A stretch of DNA of 43,602 bases, from positions 1-43,602 of the IMG/VR virus record IMGVR_UViG_3300031949_000079. The stretch is one strand, 5' to 3'. The notes below the pieces were generated by a model. That model was not told where the DNA came from. It saw nothing but the letters and a program-made list of their open reading frames with translations, and ran no database searches. Source of the DNA: a virus (Duplodnaviria; Caudoviricetes). The translations under genes and the position numbers were made by a program. Every line of letters starts with the position of its first letter. Within the stretch, counting starts at the first letter, position 1. Shown here one piece after another: positions 7,204 to 17,818 of this stretch.

Positions 7204-8912
7204 TGTATTTCGCCCAAGACCCGGACCAACAGTTTTTCTACATGGGCTCCATTGAGCCACATGCCCGGCTGTACAACAACTGGTTCAAGGAGACCAGCCA
7301 TCCTATTGTGTCTCTGGATACCGAGACCATCTCACTTAAGGAACGGATAGCACTTGGTGTTGGTGTCGCATTCTCACCAGAGGTTGCTTTCTACTTCCCA
7401 CTGTTCCCAACACCATCTCCATCCACACCTTGGGACATATTGAGAGATGATAAGGTAATCAAGATATGGCATAACTCCTTGTTTGACTACTCAGCGGTGA
7501 GGGAGTTTGAGCTCAGCGCAGAGAATGTTAGGGATACCAGTGTCATGTCCCGACTTCTACTCTATAAGTTTAACAGCCTATTCAACCTTAGCCACATACA
7601 TCTGATGCCTGTACAGGAAGTCAAGGATGTAATGAAGATATACAAGGCCAGGACTATGTTGGACGTGCCACAGATAGAGGTGGCTAGGAAATGTATGCAG
7701 GACTGCATGGCTACTTTCAAACTCCATGATGAACTGCTGCCACGAACCAACCGTCCCTACTTTGATGTGGAGATGCAGACCATACCAATCATGGTCAAGA
7801 TGTCCTACCGTGGATTACTAATTGACCAAGAAGCCAGACTTTTGCATGAGGGGATACTGGAAGATGAGGTTGAGAATCTAAGGAAGGTATGTGAGGAGGC
7901 AGAGGGATTTAACCCGGGCTCACCTCAGCAGGTATCGTATATACTGGCCAAACGTGGTGCATATAATGTATTCTCACGACTGCCATTCACCAGGAATAAG
8001 TATGGCAAGAGAACATCTAGCCTATCCACTGACATCAGTGTATTGGAGCAAATGGAGGACCCACTGGCTGGGTTAGTCCTATCCTATCGCACCAAAGCCA
8101 AGCTGCTTGGGACATATATTCGACCTTGGGCTAATGAGGAGAGAGCCTATACGAGGTATCACCTTGATGCTGCTACTGGTAGGCCATCCTCACTGGATAG
8201 AAACATGCAGAACTTACCTGGTAAGGACAGTCCTACTAGAACCAACATCAGGGAGATAATACTACCTGACTCCGGTATCTGGACTGATACTGACTGGAGC
8301 CAGCTAGAACTCCGTATCCTGGCTTTCCTCTCCGGTGATAGGGAGATGGCCCACATATTTAGTCTGCCTACACTCCTACCGGATGGTACCAAGAATCCAG
8401 AGGCTGACATACATCAGAGGGTAGCTGACTTCCTGGGCATAGTGAGGAAGATAAGTAAGAATGTGGACTTTGCGATGGTGTATGGTGGCACCGATGAATG
8501 TCTCCGAGAGACAGCACATATCCAGTCCAGAGAGAGGTGTAGCCAGCTTAGACAAATGTGGTTTGGATTGTTCCCACAAGCTGGTGATTATATCCAAAGC
8601 AGACTGGAGGAGGTCAGGAGAGGAGCAACTTACTCAACTACCTGGTTTGGTCGTAACATGAAACTACCGGATGAGGAGGAGGACAGTCTTGATGGTAGGC
8701 AGAGGAAGTATATCAACTATGCCATACAGGGAACAGCGGCCGACATGATGAAGCGAGGATTGATTCTACTCAAGGACTTGGATTTGGCTCTACAGGTGCA
8801 CGATGAACTACTTATCGATTCCTATGTACCGGAAGATAGATTCAGGTGCCTTGAATCCATCGCCCCCTTCTACTCCCCTGTTAGTGTAAGGTACCTCAGC
8901 CGCTGGGAGTAG
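7203..8912 (+). CDS. polA: Family A DNA polymerase with 3'-5' exonuclease domain
   Basis: Exo motifs DTET and HNSLFD; TGRxSS..NMQNLP; motif A DWSQLELR; motif B RxxxKxxxFxxxYG; motif C VHDEL; start coupled (TAATG) to the deaminase. Confidence 0.95.
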   Translation: MYFAQDPDQQFFYMGSIEPHARLYNNWFKETSHPIVSLDTETISLKERIALGVGVAFSPEVAFYFPLFPTPSPSTPWDILRDDKVIKIWHNSLFDYSAVREFELSAENVRDTSVMSRLLLYKFNSLFNLSHIHLMPVQEVKDVMKIYKARTMLDVPQIEVARKCMQDCMATFKLHDELLPRTNRPYFDVEMQTIPIMVKMSYRGLLIDQEARLLHEGILEDEVENLRKVCEEAEGFNPGSPQQVSYILAKRGAYNVFSRLPFTRNKYGKRTSSLSTDISVLEQMEDPLAGLVLSYRTKAKLLGTYIRPWANEERAYTRYHLDAATGRPSSLDRNMQNLPGKDSPTRTNIREIILPDSGIWTDTDWSQLELRILAFLSGDREMAHIFSLPTLLPDGTKNPEADIHQRVADFLGIVRKISKNVDFAMVYGGTDECLRETAHIQSRERCSQLRQMWFGLFPQAGDYIQSRLEEVRRGATYSTTWFGRNMKLPDEEEDSLDGRQRKYINYAIQGTAADMMKRGLILLKDLDLALQVHDELLIDSYVPEDRFRCLESIAPFYSPVSVRYLSRWE

Positions 8913-8940
8913 TGCAATAGATGGTTGGAAACTTGACAAA

Positions 8941-10566
8941 TTATGCGGGCTGTATAACCGGCACCGATGATGTCCTCTTACGGTACTGTGCCCTACTCTC
9001 CAAAATCTTCTGAAAGTCATTAAGCCTCTGCTGACCCTCAACCCTGAACCTATCTGACAGGGTCATGTCATTATCCACAGCCGTCCGATACCTCTCAGCT
9101 TCGGCAAGGTATCTGTCTATCTCAGCTAACTCGGTCTCCGCCTCACTGACGTACCCATTGGCACTGGCTATCCTCTGTGTAGCCTCATTAACAAATGCTT
9201 GGGCTATGGCGGTCCAGGCAAGGGATTCTTCCACATATGACCCGTTATTGGCTATAAGGGCATCGGCGGCGGCAGCGGCTGCTCCTAGCGACTGGGCTAC
9301 AGCACCCATACTCTGGGCTATGGCAGAGATGGTACTTGCCTCAGCTTGGGCAAAGCTGACAAGGTTAGTACCAGTCAGCCCAGACATTTCAGCAATTCTG
9401 GTTGATATGTTAGCATACTCACCATATATCTCGGCAACACGGGCACCAAGATTAGCCTTGTTAATATAATCATCACCAGTACCCAACAACGCCTGCACAT
9501 CCAGAGCCGTCATATTGGCTCCAGAGGTAAGTATCCACTTCTTCTGCTCGGTATAGACAGCATTGACATCAGCCTCACTAATGGACAGGGCTGTTGCCAG
9601 TTGGGTAAGGACAGCATCAGCGTGCTTGGCGGCAACAATGGTGTCACTGTGCAGGGTTGTAGAGATGTCCTCCAGAACCAACTTTGCACTATAATTGGAG
9701 TTGGTCTCTAGGTAGGTTGCTACCTTAGCCAAAGCCGTTGCTGCCGCTACTTCTTGGGTTATGGCTGCACCTAGGGCTATACCAACCAGAGTATGCACCG
9801 CCGTGGTCAGTCCTAGTTCTGTCCTCATGCTGGCCAGGTCAGTTATAGCTTGATGCTCACACTGGATGGACTTCAGGTACATGGCATATCCAGCCGCACC
9901 AATACACACCACCTCGTCAAGGAAGGCAGGATAACTTGGAGCAGTGGCAGTTCCTGGAGCAGTATGTGGAGCCTCATAGTATATGACAACATGCTCCTTA
10001 TCAGTCAACTCGGCCTGGGACTTGCCAGTACCTTGACTTCCTATGTACATAAAGTTGTTCCAGATACTGAAGTTGACGAACTGTTGAGGCACCATACTTC
10101 CAGGATACTCCACACGGCTAACTCTGAGCAGGTTGGTGATGATAGCTGAAAGGTCAATACCAAGCAGGCTTTTGTAGTAGTCAAATATTAGGACGTTGGT
10201 AGCTGTGATACCACCTCCAGTTATGATGGTATATTTGCCATTGATGTAATCCATGGTGTAGTCAGTGTCCTTGGTATAGGTTATAGCACCAGTGGAGTTA
10301 GTTACCACTTCTGAGTCCACTCTGATGGGCTTATAGGCCAGGGCCTTCCACGTTCCAGCTACTGGAGCAACTGAGGACTCATCAGATACAGTATAATTGA
10401 TGGTATGTTCATAGGCAACCTCTAATGGATAATGTCGGCTTAGGTCATCCACTGCCCTCTGGACACACCGGTCCAGTTCGGTGGCTGACCATAGGCTGGA
10501 GGTACCCTTGAGGTCGAGCCAAAGTTCTGTATTATATTCTCCGGAATATCTGGTTGAGAATGTCAT
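8941..10566 (-). CDS. Virion protein, probable head-tail adaptor with long helical insert
   Basis: 541 aa at the end of the structural arm; adaptor-like N-terminus, Ala-rich helical C-terminal half. Confidence 0.5.
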   Translation of the reverse strand: MTFSTRYSGEYNTELWLDLKGTSSLWSATELDRCVQRAVDDLSRHYPLEVAYEHTINYTVSDESSVAPVAGTWKALAYKPIRVDSEVVTNSTGAITYTKDTDYTMDYINGKYTIITGGGITATNVLIFDYYKSLLGIDLSAIITNLLRVSRVEYPGSMVPQQFVNFSIWNNFMYIGSQGTGKSQAELTDKEHVVIYYEAPHTAPGTATAPSYPAFLDEVVCIGAAGYAMYLKSIQCEHQAITDLASMRTELGLTTAVHTLVGIALGAAITQEVAAATALAKVATYLETNSNYSAKLVLEDISTTLHSDTIVAAKHADAVLTQLATALSISEADVNAVYTEQKKWILTSGANMTALDVQALLGTGDDYINKANLGARVAEIYGEYANISTRIAEMSGLTGTNLVSFAQAEASTISAIAQSMGAVAQSLGAAAAAADALIANNGSYVEESLAWTAIAQAFVNEATQRIASANGYVSEAETELAEIDRYLAEAERYRTAVDNDMTLSDRFRVEGQQRLNDFQKILESRAQYRKRTSSVPVIQPA

Positions 10567-10567
10567 A

Positions 10568-10816
10568 TTAACCTCCTATCTTGATATGCTTGGTATCTCC
10601 CTTGAGGTTAGGTATGATTGTCCGCTTAAAGAGTTTCACCAACTCTGCCCTATCATCATCTGATAGCACAACAACACCTACAGTCTTGGACTCTGGGATG
10701 TCTGGATACTCGGTAAGATTGATGCCGTACTTCACCACAAGCCTCTGGATGTCTAGCTTCCCATCCTTACCATCAAGAACTATCAGGACTTTTATTGGCA
10801 ATTCTACTTTCTTCAT
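10568..10816 (-). CDS. Hypothetical protein
   Basis: 82-aa ORF tightly packed in the operon. Confidence 0.65.
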   Translation of the reverse strand: MKKVELPIKVLIVLDGKDGKLDIQRLVVKYGINLTEYPDIPESKTVGVVVLSDDDRAELVKLFKRTIIPNLKGDTKHIKIGG

Positions 10817-10817
10817 G

Positions 10818-13568
10818 TTACACTCCTATATTAACCTCAGACCAATGCCTTAATACCACTGTCCCTGTTGTACTAAGTCTGTATGTCCAGGATGGAGGAA
10901 CTATTGTGGACAATACATAATCCTCGGTATCACCAGCCGTATTAAGGTTACGACAATGAGCCATAATAGTAGTTGGTGGGTCTGCTGAGGCATGGGTATA
11001 AAGCCAGGCTTCATGCCAAACAGAGGCACTACCATTTATCCTGACTGTTACCGCCACAAATTTTGAATACCCTCCGTTGGTATATGTGGTATCTATTGCT
11101 CTTGAGGCAGTTATGTCAGTTGGAGTAGAAGCCATCCTATCAACATAAGTCTTATAATTAGCTCCTGGAGTTAGGTTGATGTTCTGAACAGCCTCTATAT
11201 TTACATGAACTCCGCCATCTATCTGCACATTATCTTCAGCAATTACCTGAACTCTTCCTGCAGCAGGGTTAGGAGAGCAAATCCCAGCTGCAAGGTATGC
11301 CCTATCATCAGCAGCGATATGGACCTCATCCTCAGCTAGGAGGTCAAGGTCGTCTGCCGTAGGGGTGGGAGGATTTCCACCTGCATCAATGGCAATACCA
11401 TAGCCTGAGTCAGATACTAGCTCTACGCCAATAGGATTTGGAGTATTGGATGGGTCAAAGATACGCAAACGACCTATAGCATTACCTAAGTTTACATGAT
11501 AACCGGAGTCAACAGTGAGATATAATGTATCCAATACAGATAGGAAGGCTCCCACTAAGGCAGCAGATTGGTAGAATTTAAGAAAGCTGGAACCCTTGAT
11601 AGATAGCCCACTGGAATCAACTATAACATTACCAGCACCTGCGTAAAGTTTGCCATCTGTGTCAGAGTACCATTGTAGGACATCAGAATTATAACCTGCC
11701 ATCCTACCAATACTTGACTCTACCCACAGTCTCCATCCAGTAAAGTTACTGCCAAGTGTGCCAGTTCCTACCCTAATCTCACCGGCGTTCATTAGGCCAA
11801 AGTTTGCCGTAATGCTGGATAATGTGTCTATGAATAACTTTGGACCCTGTGTGCCAGCCACTACCAAAGCCTTGGAGGATGCATCCGCACCTTTAACAGC
11901 AAATGCAACCAGTATGTTCTCACCACCAACTGAATCACCAAAGGTCTGAGTATTATTAAGTGAGGTATCACCAACAGTACAATAGAGGTAATAGGGATTG
12001 GCGTTGGCTAGGTTAAGTGAACCAGAATCAATAGCCTGTGTAACCTTACTAGCAAAGGTAATGGTGCCAGCAGCCCAGGTAATATCATCCTGGTCAGCGG
12101 CAGTAAAGATAATGTCAAGGGTATATGGTAACAAGGCTGGACGAAGTTGCCAAGGAAAAATCACTGGAGCAGTAGTGGGAGGAGTCTTGTCCAAACCACC
12201 TACCTGTGCTCCTGTATCTGGCCCACTTGTTCCAGGTTCCATTGAACTTGGCTCTGAATACAGACTGCCAAGGGTCATGGCAACCTTATAGATGCCCTGT
12301 CCTGGTACATACTGCCTCTCTATCCTGCCTATCCTACCTTTGGATGTGACACCAAGCCTAGAATCTACTGCCTGCACCATGTCATAGACCTCAAGTCCAC
12401 ATTCCATTGGTGCTGTAATCTTACCCTGGTATGCCTGTGCCACCTTCTGGGCTATCCAAGCAGCTGCCCTAGTATTACCCTCAGCATTGGAAGTTATGTC
12501 TGGGTCTACCTGGAAAGGAGCTACAAAGGTTCCTATTGCGGCCACCGAAGTAGCATCATTGGCAGTACCAACATAGGTAGCAACAATCCCTCCTGTTGGT
12601 GAGACATCCATAAAATATACGGTGTTGGGAAGTATAATTGCTCTATCCCTCAAGTCCTCAAGGAAGGCGTGAGTACCATCAAAGGCATATTGGGCGGCGG
12701 TGGCAGTATTGAGGTAGAGGGCATGGAGTTTACTGTCATTACCATACCTTACTCCACATTTAGTTCGGAGGAGCATCCTCCCAACGACATCACGGATACT
12801 GGTTCCTATAGCTACAGCAAGTTTGGGAGTATCTGCCATAGAGCCATCTGGGTCGTCAGCATCCACATCCATCGTTAGACCTGTTATAGTCTCTATCCTA
12901 GCCTCAGTGGTAGTATCACCACTAGCGTAGACCAAATCTCCATAATTATCTGTTGGGGCTGATACAGCAGAGCAGGTAGCTCCAGACGTTCCTCCGGTGC
13001 AAGTATAGGTGGCAGCGAACACACCGGCTACTCTAGTCACCAGAATATATGTTCCTGACACACTAGCTAGCCTACCTGTCGCACCTGATGTAGCCTGCGT
13101 GACTAACTCACCAATCTGAAAGGTTCCGGCTATGGTACCAACAATCTTATTGCCACCTTGAAAGACATAGCTGGAATCTACCTCATACCACTTGGAGACA
13201 CAGTAGAACTCAGTAATCAGCACACCCTCCAGACTGATATCCCTCTGCATGAGGACTTTCATAACGGCGGCATTGGAGTACCAAGTAGTATCTGGAGAGC
13301 CTGTCAGTTCATAGCCCCAACCAATGGATACACTATATCCTCTATAGTCAACGGAATTGAAGGTGGTGTTTGGGGAGTTCCTGAACCTAACTATGGTAAC
13401 ACCAGCGTATGGTTCCTCCCACTGTTCTATGGACCAAATGTAGTTGGTGGCATCTCTGGTAGTATAAGCAACAGTGGTCCCTCCTCTGTTGTCAAAGTAG
13501 ACCCTCAGATAGGGAGTAGCAGTACCTAACTGTTGCTTGGTAGTTAGGGCAGCATCCAAGACTCTCAT
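10818..13568 (-). CDS. Large tail/host-recognition protein
   Basis: 916 aa, Gly/Thr/Ser beta-rich; hub-like middle (GLEVYDMVQAVD, GRIGRIER); LSSITANFGLMNAG fibre-type motif. Confidence 0.65.
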   Translation of the reverse strand: MRVLDAALTTKQQLGTATPYLRVYFDNRGGTTVAYTTRDATNYIWSIEQWEEPYAGVTIVRFRNSPNTTFNSVDYRGYSVSIGWGYELTGSPDTTWYSNAAVMKVLMQRDISLEGVLITEFYCVSKWYEVDSSYVFQGGNKIVGTIAGTFQIGELVTQATSGATGRLASVSGTYILVTRVAGVFAATYTCTGGTSGATCSAVSAPTDNYGDLVYASGDTTTEARIETITGLTMDVDADDPDGSMADTPKLAVAIGTSIRDVVGRMLLRTKCGVRYGNDSKLHALYLNTATAAQYAFDGTHAFLEDLRDRAIILPNTVYFMDVSPTGGIVATYVGTANDATSVAAIGTFVAPFQVDPDITSNAEGNTRAAAWIAQKVAQAYQGKITAPMECGLEVYDMVQAVDSRLGVTSKGRIGRIERQYVPGQGIYKVAMTLGSLYSEPSSMEPGTSGPDTGAQVGGLDKTPPTTAPVIFPWQLRPALLPYTLDIIFTAADQDDITWAAGTITFASKVTQAIDSGSLNLANANPYYLYCTVGDTSLNNTQTFGDSVGGENILVAFAVKGADASSKALVVAGTQGPKLFIDTLSSITANFGLMNAGEIRVGTGTLGSNFTGWRLWVESSIGRMAGYNSDVLQWYSDTDGKLYAGAGNVIVDSSGLSIKGSSFLKFYQSAALVGAFLSVLDTLYLTVDSGYHVNLGNAIGRLRIFDPSNTPNPIGVELVSDSGYGIAIDAGGNPPTPTADDLDLLAEDEVHIAADDRAYLAAGICSPNPAAGRVQVIAEDNVQIDGGVHVNIEAVQNINLTPGANYKTYVDRMASTPTDITASRAIDTTYTNGGYSKFVAVTVRINGSASVWHEAWLYTHASADPPTTIMAHCRNLNTAGDTEDYVLSTIVPPSWTYRLSTTGTVVLRHWSEVNIGV

Positions 13569-13765
13569 TAGATTGGGGCTCCTGCCGGTGGTTGTACTGG
13601 AGCAGGTGGTGCCTGCTTCATCTTATTATAACAGGCAGCTGATGCTATCTGCCGTGCATGAGCAGGATTATTAGGCTTGGTATTGCCAATCATCTTGGTC
13701 CTATTATAGTCCTCCATCATAACCCTCATGCATTCTTCCATGGTTGCATCCTGTGGTATAGGCAT
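13568..13765 (-). CDS. Small hypothetical protein
   Basis: 65 aa; AAGGAGG SD; coupled to the next gene. Confidence 0.65.
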   Translation of the reverse strand: MPIPQDATMEECMRVMMEDYNRTKMIGNTKPNNPAHARQIASAACYNKMKQAPPAPVQPPAGAPI

Positions 13766-13777
13766 GTTATTCCTCCT

Positions 13778-14911
13778 TTATTTATATTTATCTTTTGTTG
13801 ATTGGTACAAACTAACCATCTCAGACACAGCCAATGCTCTGGTATAGAGTAGAACATCGCCAATCACACCACCAAATGGAGTAATGGCTGCAGAGACCGT
13901 CACTGTGGCTGTAAGAGCATTAAGTACAAATGTCGAGCCTCTAACTGAGAACATCCAGTCTTTATTAACATTCTCAGTCCATGATGCACCAGAATCGGAA
14001 CTATAACAGTGTGAACCATCCGCATAGGCAGGTGTAGAATCATCTCTAATGAATAGTCTATTAGAGGCATTATTATTTGCACACCTGACTACAACGGCAT
14101 ATTTGGTGGTAGCACTCAACATATAAGGCGTTAGAGTAGTCTCCCGCCACTCTCCAGCCGTACCTGTCGTTAGGGTGTCTCCATCCGTAGTGCCACTTGT
14201 CAGGTCTGCACCGTCAGGAACATTACTTGCCGTTGCCCTTATGCTGACAGTAACAGTTCCAGGACTGCCCTCCCGATACATTAACAATTTAACCTTGTTA
14301 GCAGGAAATGCCCCCACAGTGGGTAAGGTTTGTGCAATCCAATAAGTGGTCGCACCTGCATAAGTTGAGACACCCTCATCATCCCCAGTTATATATTCTA
14401 CTGCCGTATCAGTAACGGCATCAGAGACACCATCTATATAGAACAGGACATTGTTAGTCTGGTGGATTACAGTAACGAAGTGCCATATACTGTCTGCTAA
14501 GTCGGTGGTAGCCGTAACTAAGTTTGTACCATCATAAACAGACAATTTATGTCCACCAGCATGGTCAGTGATGGAGAGGTTCCTATAACCAGCCCCCTGA
14601 ACTGCACTTATCAGCCTCCTTACACTGTCCACACCAGCATCAGTATCCTTTATCCACAGGCAGTAGGTTGAGGCTGTTGCTGGTATGGTGATAGCACTCC
14701 CACAGGTAATTACATCATTTATGCCATCAAAGGTTCTACCCTGAGAACCCCATACCGCACCAGTGACAGTACAGGAGTTGGCTGACTTATCCTTAGAGAT
14801 GATGGTGCTTCCAGCCATATCAGGTTGCCACAGAGGCAGATAAAGTACACACCCTCCCAAGTCAATCTTGGGTGTACCACTACCTAGAAATGCTGATTTC
14901 AATATTGTCAT
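13778..14911 (-). CDS. LamG/concanavalin A-like virion protein with an inserted beta domain
   Basis: VLYLPL...FDGxND...WHFVTV...FYIDG and GxIGDVLLYTRAL...LY, separated by ~170 extra residues. Confidence 0.75.
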   Translation of the reverse strand: MTILKSAFLGSGTPKIDLGGCVLYLPLWQPDMAGSTIISKDKSANSCTVTGAVWGSQGRTFDGINDVITCGSAITIPATASTYCLWIKDTDAGVDSVRRLISAVQGAGYRNLSITDHAGGHKLSVYDGTNLVTATTDLADSIWHFVTVIHQTNNVLFYIDGVSDAVTDTAVEYITGDDEGVSTYAGATTYWIAQTLPTVGAFPANKVKLLMYREGSPGTVTVSIRATASNVPDGADLTSGTTDGDTLTTGTAGEWRETTLTPYMLSATTKYAVVVRCANNNASNRLFIRDDSTPAYADGSHCYSSDSGASWTENVNKDWMFSVRGSTFVLNALTATVTVSAAITPFGGVIGDVLLYTRALAVSEMVSLYQSTKDKYK

Positions 14912-14918
14912 AATACTC

Positions 14919-15434
14919 CTAGAACTGGTCCACAGTCAATCTTATGGTCATGTTCTTTGTGGCTACCTGTGTAAAGGCGTCCCATGTAACCAATATTCCG
15001 TACAAATCATCCACTCCAGCAGCACATTGGAAAGCTAATGGAAGATTGCCATAGGTGCTGGGAGTAGCCAAACTATCTGACATGCCAGTACCAAGGTTGG
15101 ATGACTCCATAGCAGGAAAGTTAATCCGGCCAATATACTTGGCCAGGTCAGCAGCTATGGGTGCTGTATTGGCTGCATGGTCATTCAACGCTGAGGTCGG
15201 TACTGCATTGAACAGGAATAGGGTTAGTCTTGGTGCCAATGCAGTTGTCTCACTTATGACATGAGCTTTGGTGATGTAGCCACCAGAACCATTCTCTCTG
15301 GCTATTGCAGAGAAGGTCCAGGATGCCCCAGCAGATGCCGATTCTGACAATACATCCTTGGCATCGTAGGCTGTGGCTGCTGCCAGAGATTTGGTTACAC
15401 TTATTGTTATTCTTCCACCAATAGGATTACCCAT
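14919..15434 (-). CDS. Virion structural protein
   Basis: 171 aa, beta-rich, GGAGG SD, inside the structural arm. Confidence 0.6.
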   Translation of the reverse strand: MGNPIGGRITISVTKSLAAATAYDAKDVLSESASAGASWTFSAIARENGSGGYITKAHVISETTALAPRLTLFLFNAVPTSALNDHAANTAPIAADLAKYIGRINFPAMESSNLGTGMSDSLATPSTYGNLPLAFQCAAGVDDLYGILVTWDAFTQVATKNMTIRLTVDQF

Positions 15435-15443
15435 GTTACCTCC

Positions 15444-16427
15444 TTATACTGCTACCCCATTAAATTTGGCTATACTAGCCACGGCAACTCCGTTCACTTT
15501 CGCTATGGAGGCCACAGCCACTCCATTGACCTTGGCTATGTGAGTCCAGCCACCTGTCTCTGTTCCTGTGGCATAAAGGCTTACGGTCTCGCCATCATTA
15601 AGTGTATAAACCGCAGAATCTCCAGGGTCTATATGTTCTCCGCTTGTGTAATAGACTCCCAGATAGTCTATGTAACCCTTTTCTATATTCCCTGAAGTCC
15701 CATAGCATCCAATAAATTCATTAGTGGCTACAGCAATAGTAAGTCCAGTAATTGTTCCTTTAGCACCCGCTGTCACATTACCAATAGATTCGGAATCATG
15801 AACTTGGTATGTGGTGCCAGAGACTAGGAAAAAAGTGCCAACTACAACAGCCACACCATTAACATCAAACCATGTCTCGACCGTATCAAGAACTCCCGTT
15901 GCGTTAGACGGATTATCAACATTGAAATGAGTATAAAAGACCTGCAGATTATCAGGTCTATTGATAGCAGCAGAGCCTACAGCGATAGTCTGTGGCTCTA
16001 CTGTGAAGGCTTTTCCTCCACCTTCAAGGGGAACTACAAAGTTTAACCTCTCATTAACAGAACTTATCAGGTCGGCTACATCTTTGGCACTTACCCGCTT
16101 GTTAGCAAACTTACCCCTGCTCCGCATAAGAGGGCTAACATAGTGGGCAGAATTGGGCAAAACTAGAACATCATCAAGAGTGGCTATGATGTCTGGAGTA
16201 AATACCTCATGGGCATACCTCTCCAAATCCGTCTGCGTGAATACCTCTGGGACTGTAATAAATTGGCAGATGGCAGGATTAAGTTGCCATGCTCCAGTAA
16301 CAGGGTTGAATATATGCTGTTTGGCATAGGTCTTGTAGTTAGGATTATCAAGGAAACAGTCAAGCCTAAGCTTTAACAATCCATTATCAACTTGAGTCCC
16401 AGTCGGTTCAATCTTGGCCCACATCAT
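15444..16427 (-). CDS. Fibre-associated protein with C-terminal IAKVNGVAVAS repeats
   Basis: 327 aa; ends in three copies of IAK(V/F)NGVAV. Confidence 0.6.
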   Translation of the reverse strand: MMWAKIEPTGTQVDNGLLKLRLDCFLDNPNYKTYAKQHIFNPVTGAWQLNPAICQFITVPEVFTQTDLERYAHEVFTPDIIATLDDVLVLPNSAHYVSPLMRSRGKFANKRVSAKDVADLISSVNERLNFVVPLEGGGKAFTVEPQTIAVGSAAINRPDNLQVFYTHFNVDNPSNATGVLDTVETWFDVNGVAVVVGTFFLVSGTTYQVHDSESIGNVTAGAKGTITGLTIAVATNEFIGCYGTSGNIEKGYIDYLGVYYTSGEHIDPGDSAVYTLNDGETVSLYATGTETGGWTHIAKVNGVAVASIAKVNGVAVASIAKFNGVAV

Positions 16428-17818
16428 ACCAACTCCAAATAGGTACTATCAGGGCAGAAGAACAACTCATCTCCAGTATTGCCATAGCCAATTATCCTAA
16501 CACAGTCAGTTGTTAGTGTAGGAGCGGCCACTTGAGGTGTTCCTGCCGTCAGTCCCAAGTGGACTGGTGCACCAATAGTAAAGGTAGGATATAATGTGGC
16601 GGCATTAACTTTGCCCCAGAGTAATATAGTTGTAGCTGAACCATCACCTGCTGCTGCCAGTACACAGATACCCAACTTTAGGTTGAACCCAGCTGGGGAG
16701 TTGTCTGCACCGGCCTTCTCCCATCTACTATCAGCAGTTTGGAAGTATACAAGATTACCAAATACTAAGGCGGCTCCAGCCACTCCAGCCTCACAGATAC
16801 CTGAGTAATAGCCATCCCCACTTATAGCAGCATCAAGCAGGATGGGGTCATTCTCAGCCATCTGCTTCAGCATGTAGACGGTATGAGGGTTAGCGGCGGC
16901 TACATGAGCAGTTACCGGGTCTGCCATCATAGCATGCTTATGGTCTCGCCTGGCAGCTAGTAGTTGGGAACCAGAAGCAGCACTATCCCCAAAAGCCTGT
17001 GTTGATGGTGCTGTTGAATCAAGTAATGCCTTATTAGTATAAGCGGTCTCTCCGTTACCTATTCCTACTACATTGATAAGAGTAGCTGCTGGAGCTACAG
17101 CCTTTAGAAGCAAACCATGCCTTGTAGTGTTAGAATCAAGGTCAGTGTTATCATCACCGGCAGTCAGGTCATCTATCTTGGTTGCAACAATATCTGCTGT
17201 CTTGGCAACTGTTCCTGCACCGACTCCATGTACCGCAGTAGTTGCTACTCCATGGTCATATACCACATCGGACGATATGGGTGCGGCCAAGCCATTAGTA
17301 CCTCCAGCCGTATTATCCACAGTTAGCCATGATGGGTCTGCACCATCTCCACCAGATTGTAATACCTGTCCTGCCGTCCCATGTAATAGTTCGGCTGGTA
17401 CGGTAGCGTTCCTATAAATGACACTACCACGTTCAGTCAGAAGGGCATTCTTCATAAAGGTAGCTTCAAAGGTGCCATCAAGGTCGGTGTCAGCATTGGC
17501 TGTATGCTTCTTGTCAACCGCATCCTCAAGTGCAACCTCCGTAATCTTGGCAGTCTGCCTGATAGCCTCACCGGCCGCATCAGGGACAGAGAGGGCAACA
17601 ACCTGATGAGTAGCTGTATTGATGTCGGCTGTCATGGGTACAGAGCCATCAGCCATGAAGTCACCACCACCAACTCCAGATATGGTAACATTCACTCTAC
17701 CATTAGTGGCATCATTTGCTGCGGTTACACTAGCACCAATAAAGTTAATTTTTGGCTGTGATGCTACCGCAACACCTTCATCTTGGACTTCAGGGAAAAC
17801 AGCATTGTTGAGGCCCAT
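16424..17818 (-). CDS. Tail/head fibre protein
   Basis: 464 aa, Ala/Gly/Thr rich; VQDEG..INFIG, GQVLQSGG.GADPSW and HVAAANPH fibre motifs. Confidence 0.7.
   Translation of the reverse strand: MGLNNAVFPEVQDEGVAVASQPKINFIGASVTAANDATNGRVNVTISGVGGGDFMADGSVPMTADINTATHQVVALSVPDAAGEAIRQTAKITEVALEDAVDKKHTANADTDLDGTFEATFMKNALLTERGSVIYRNATVPAELLHGTAGQVLQSGGDGADPSWLTVDNTAGGTNGLAAPISSDVVYDHGVATTAVHGVGAGTVAKTADIVATKIDDLTAGDDNTDLDSNTTRHGLLLKAVAPAATLINVVGIGNGETAYTNKALLDSTAPSTQAFGDSAASGSQLLAARRDHKHAMMADPVTAHVAAANPHTVYMLKQMAENDPILLDAAISGDGYYSGICEAGVAGAALVFGNLVYFQTADSRWEKAGADNSPAGFNLKLGICVLAAAGDGSATTILLWGKVNAATLYPTFTIGAPVHLGLTAGTPQVAAPTLTTDCVRIIGYGNTGDELFFCPDSTYLELV

Noticed and set aside
8931-8962. Promoter at ACTTGACAAA between the converging pol and tail genes
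   Set aside because: A -35 is present but there is no good -10 at 16-18 nt spacing and no downstream sense gene.
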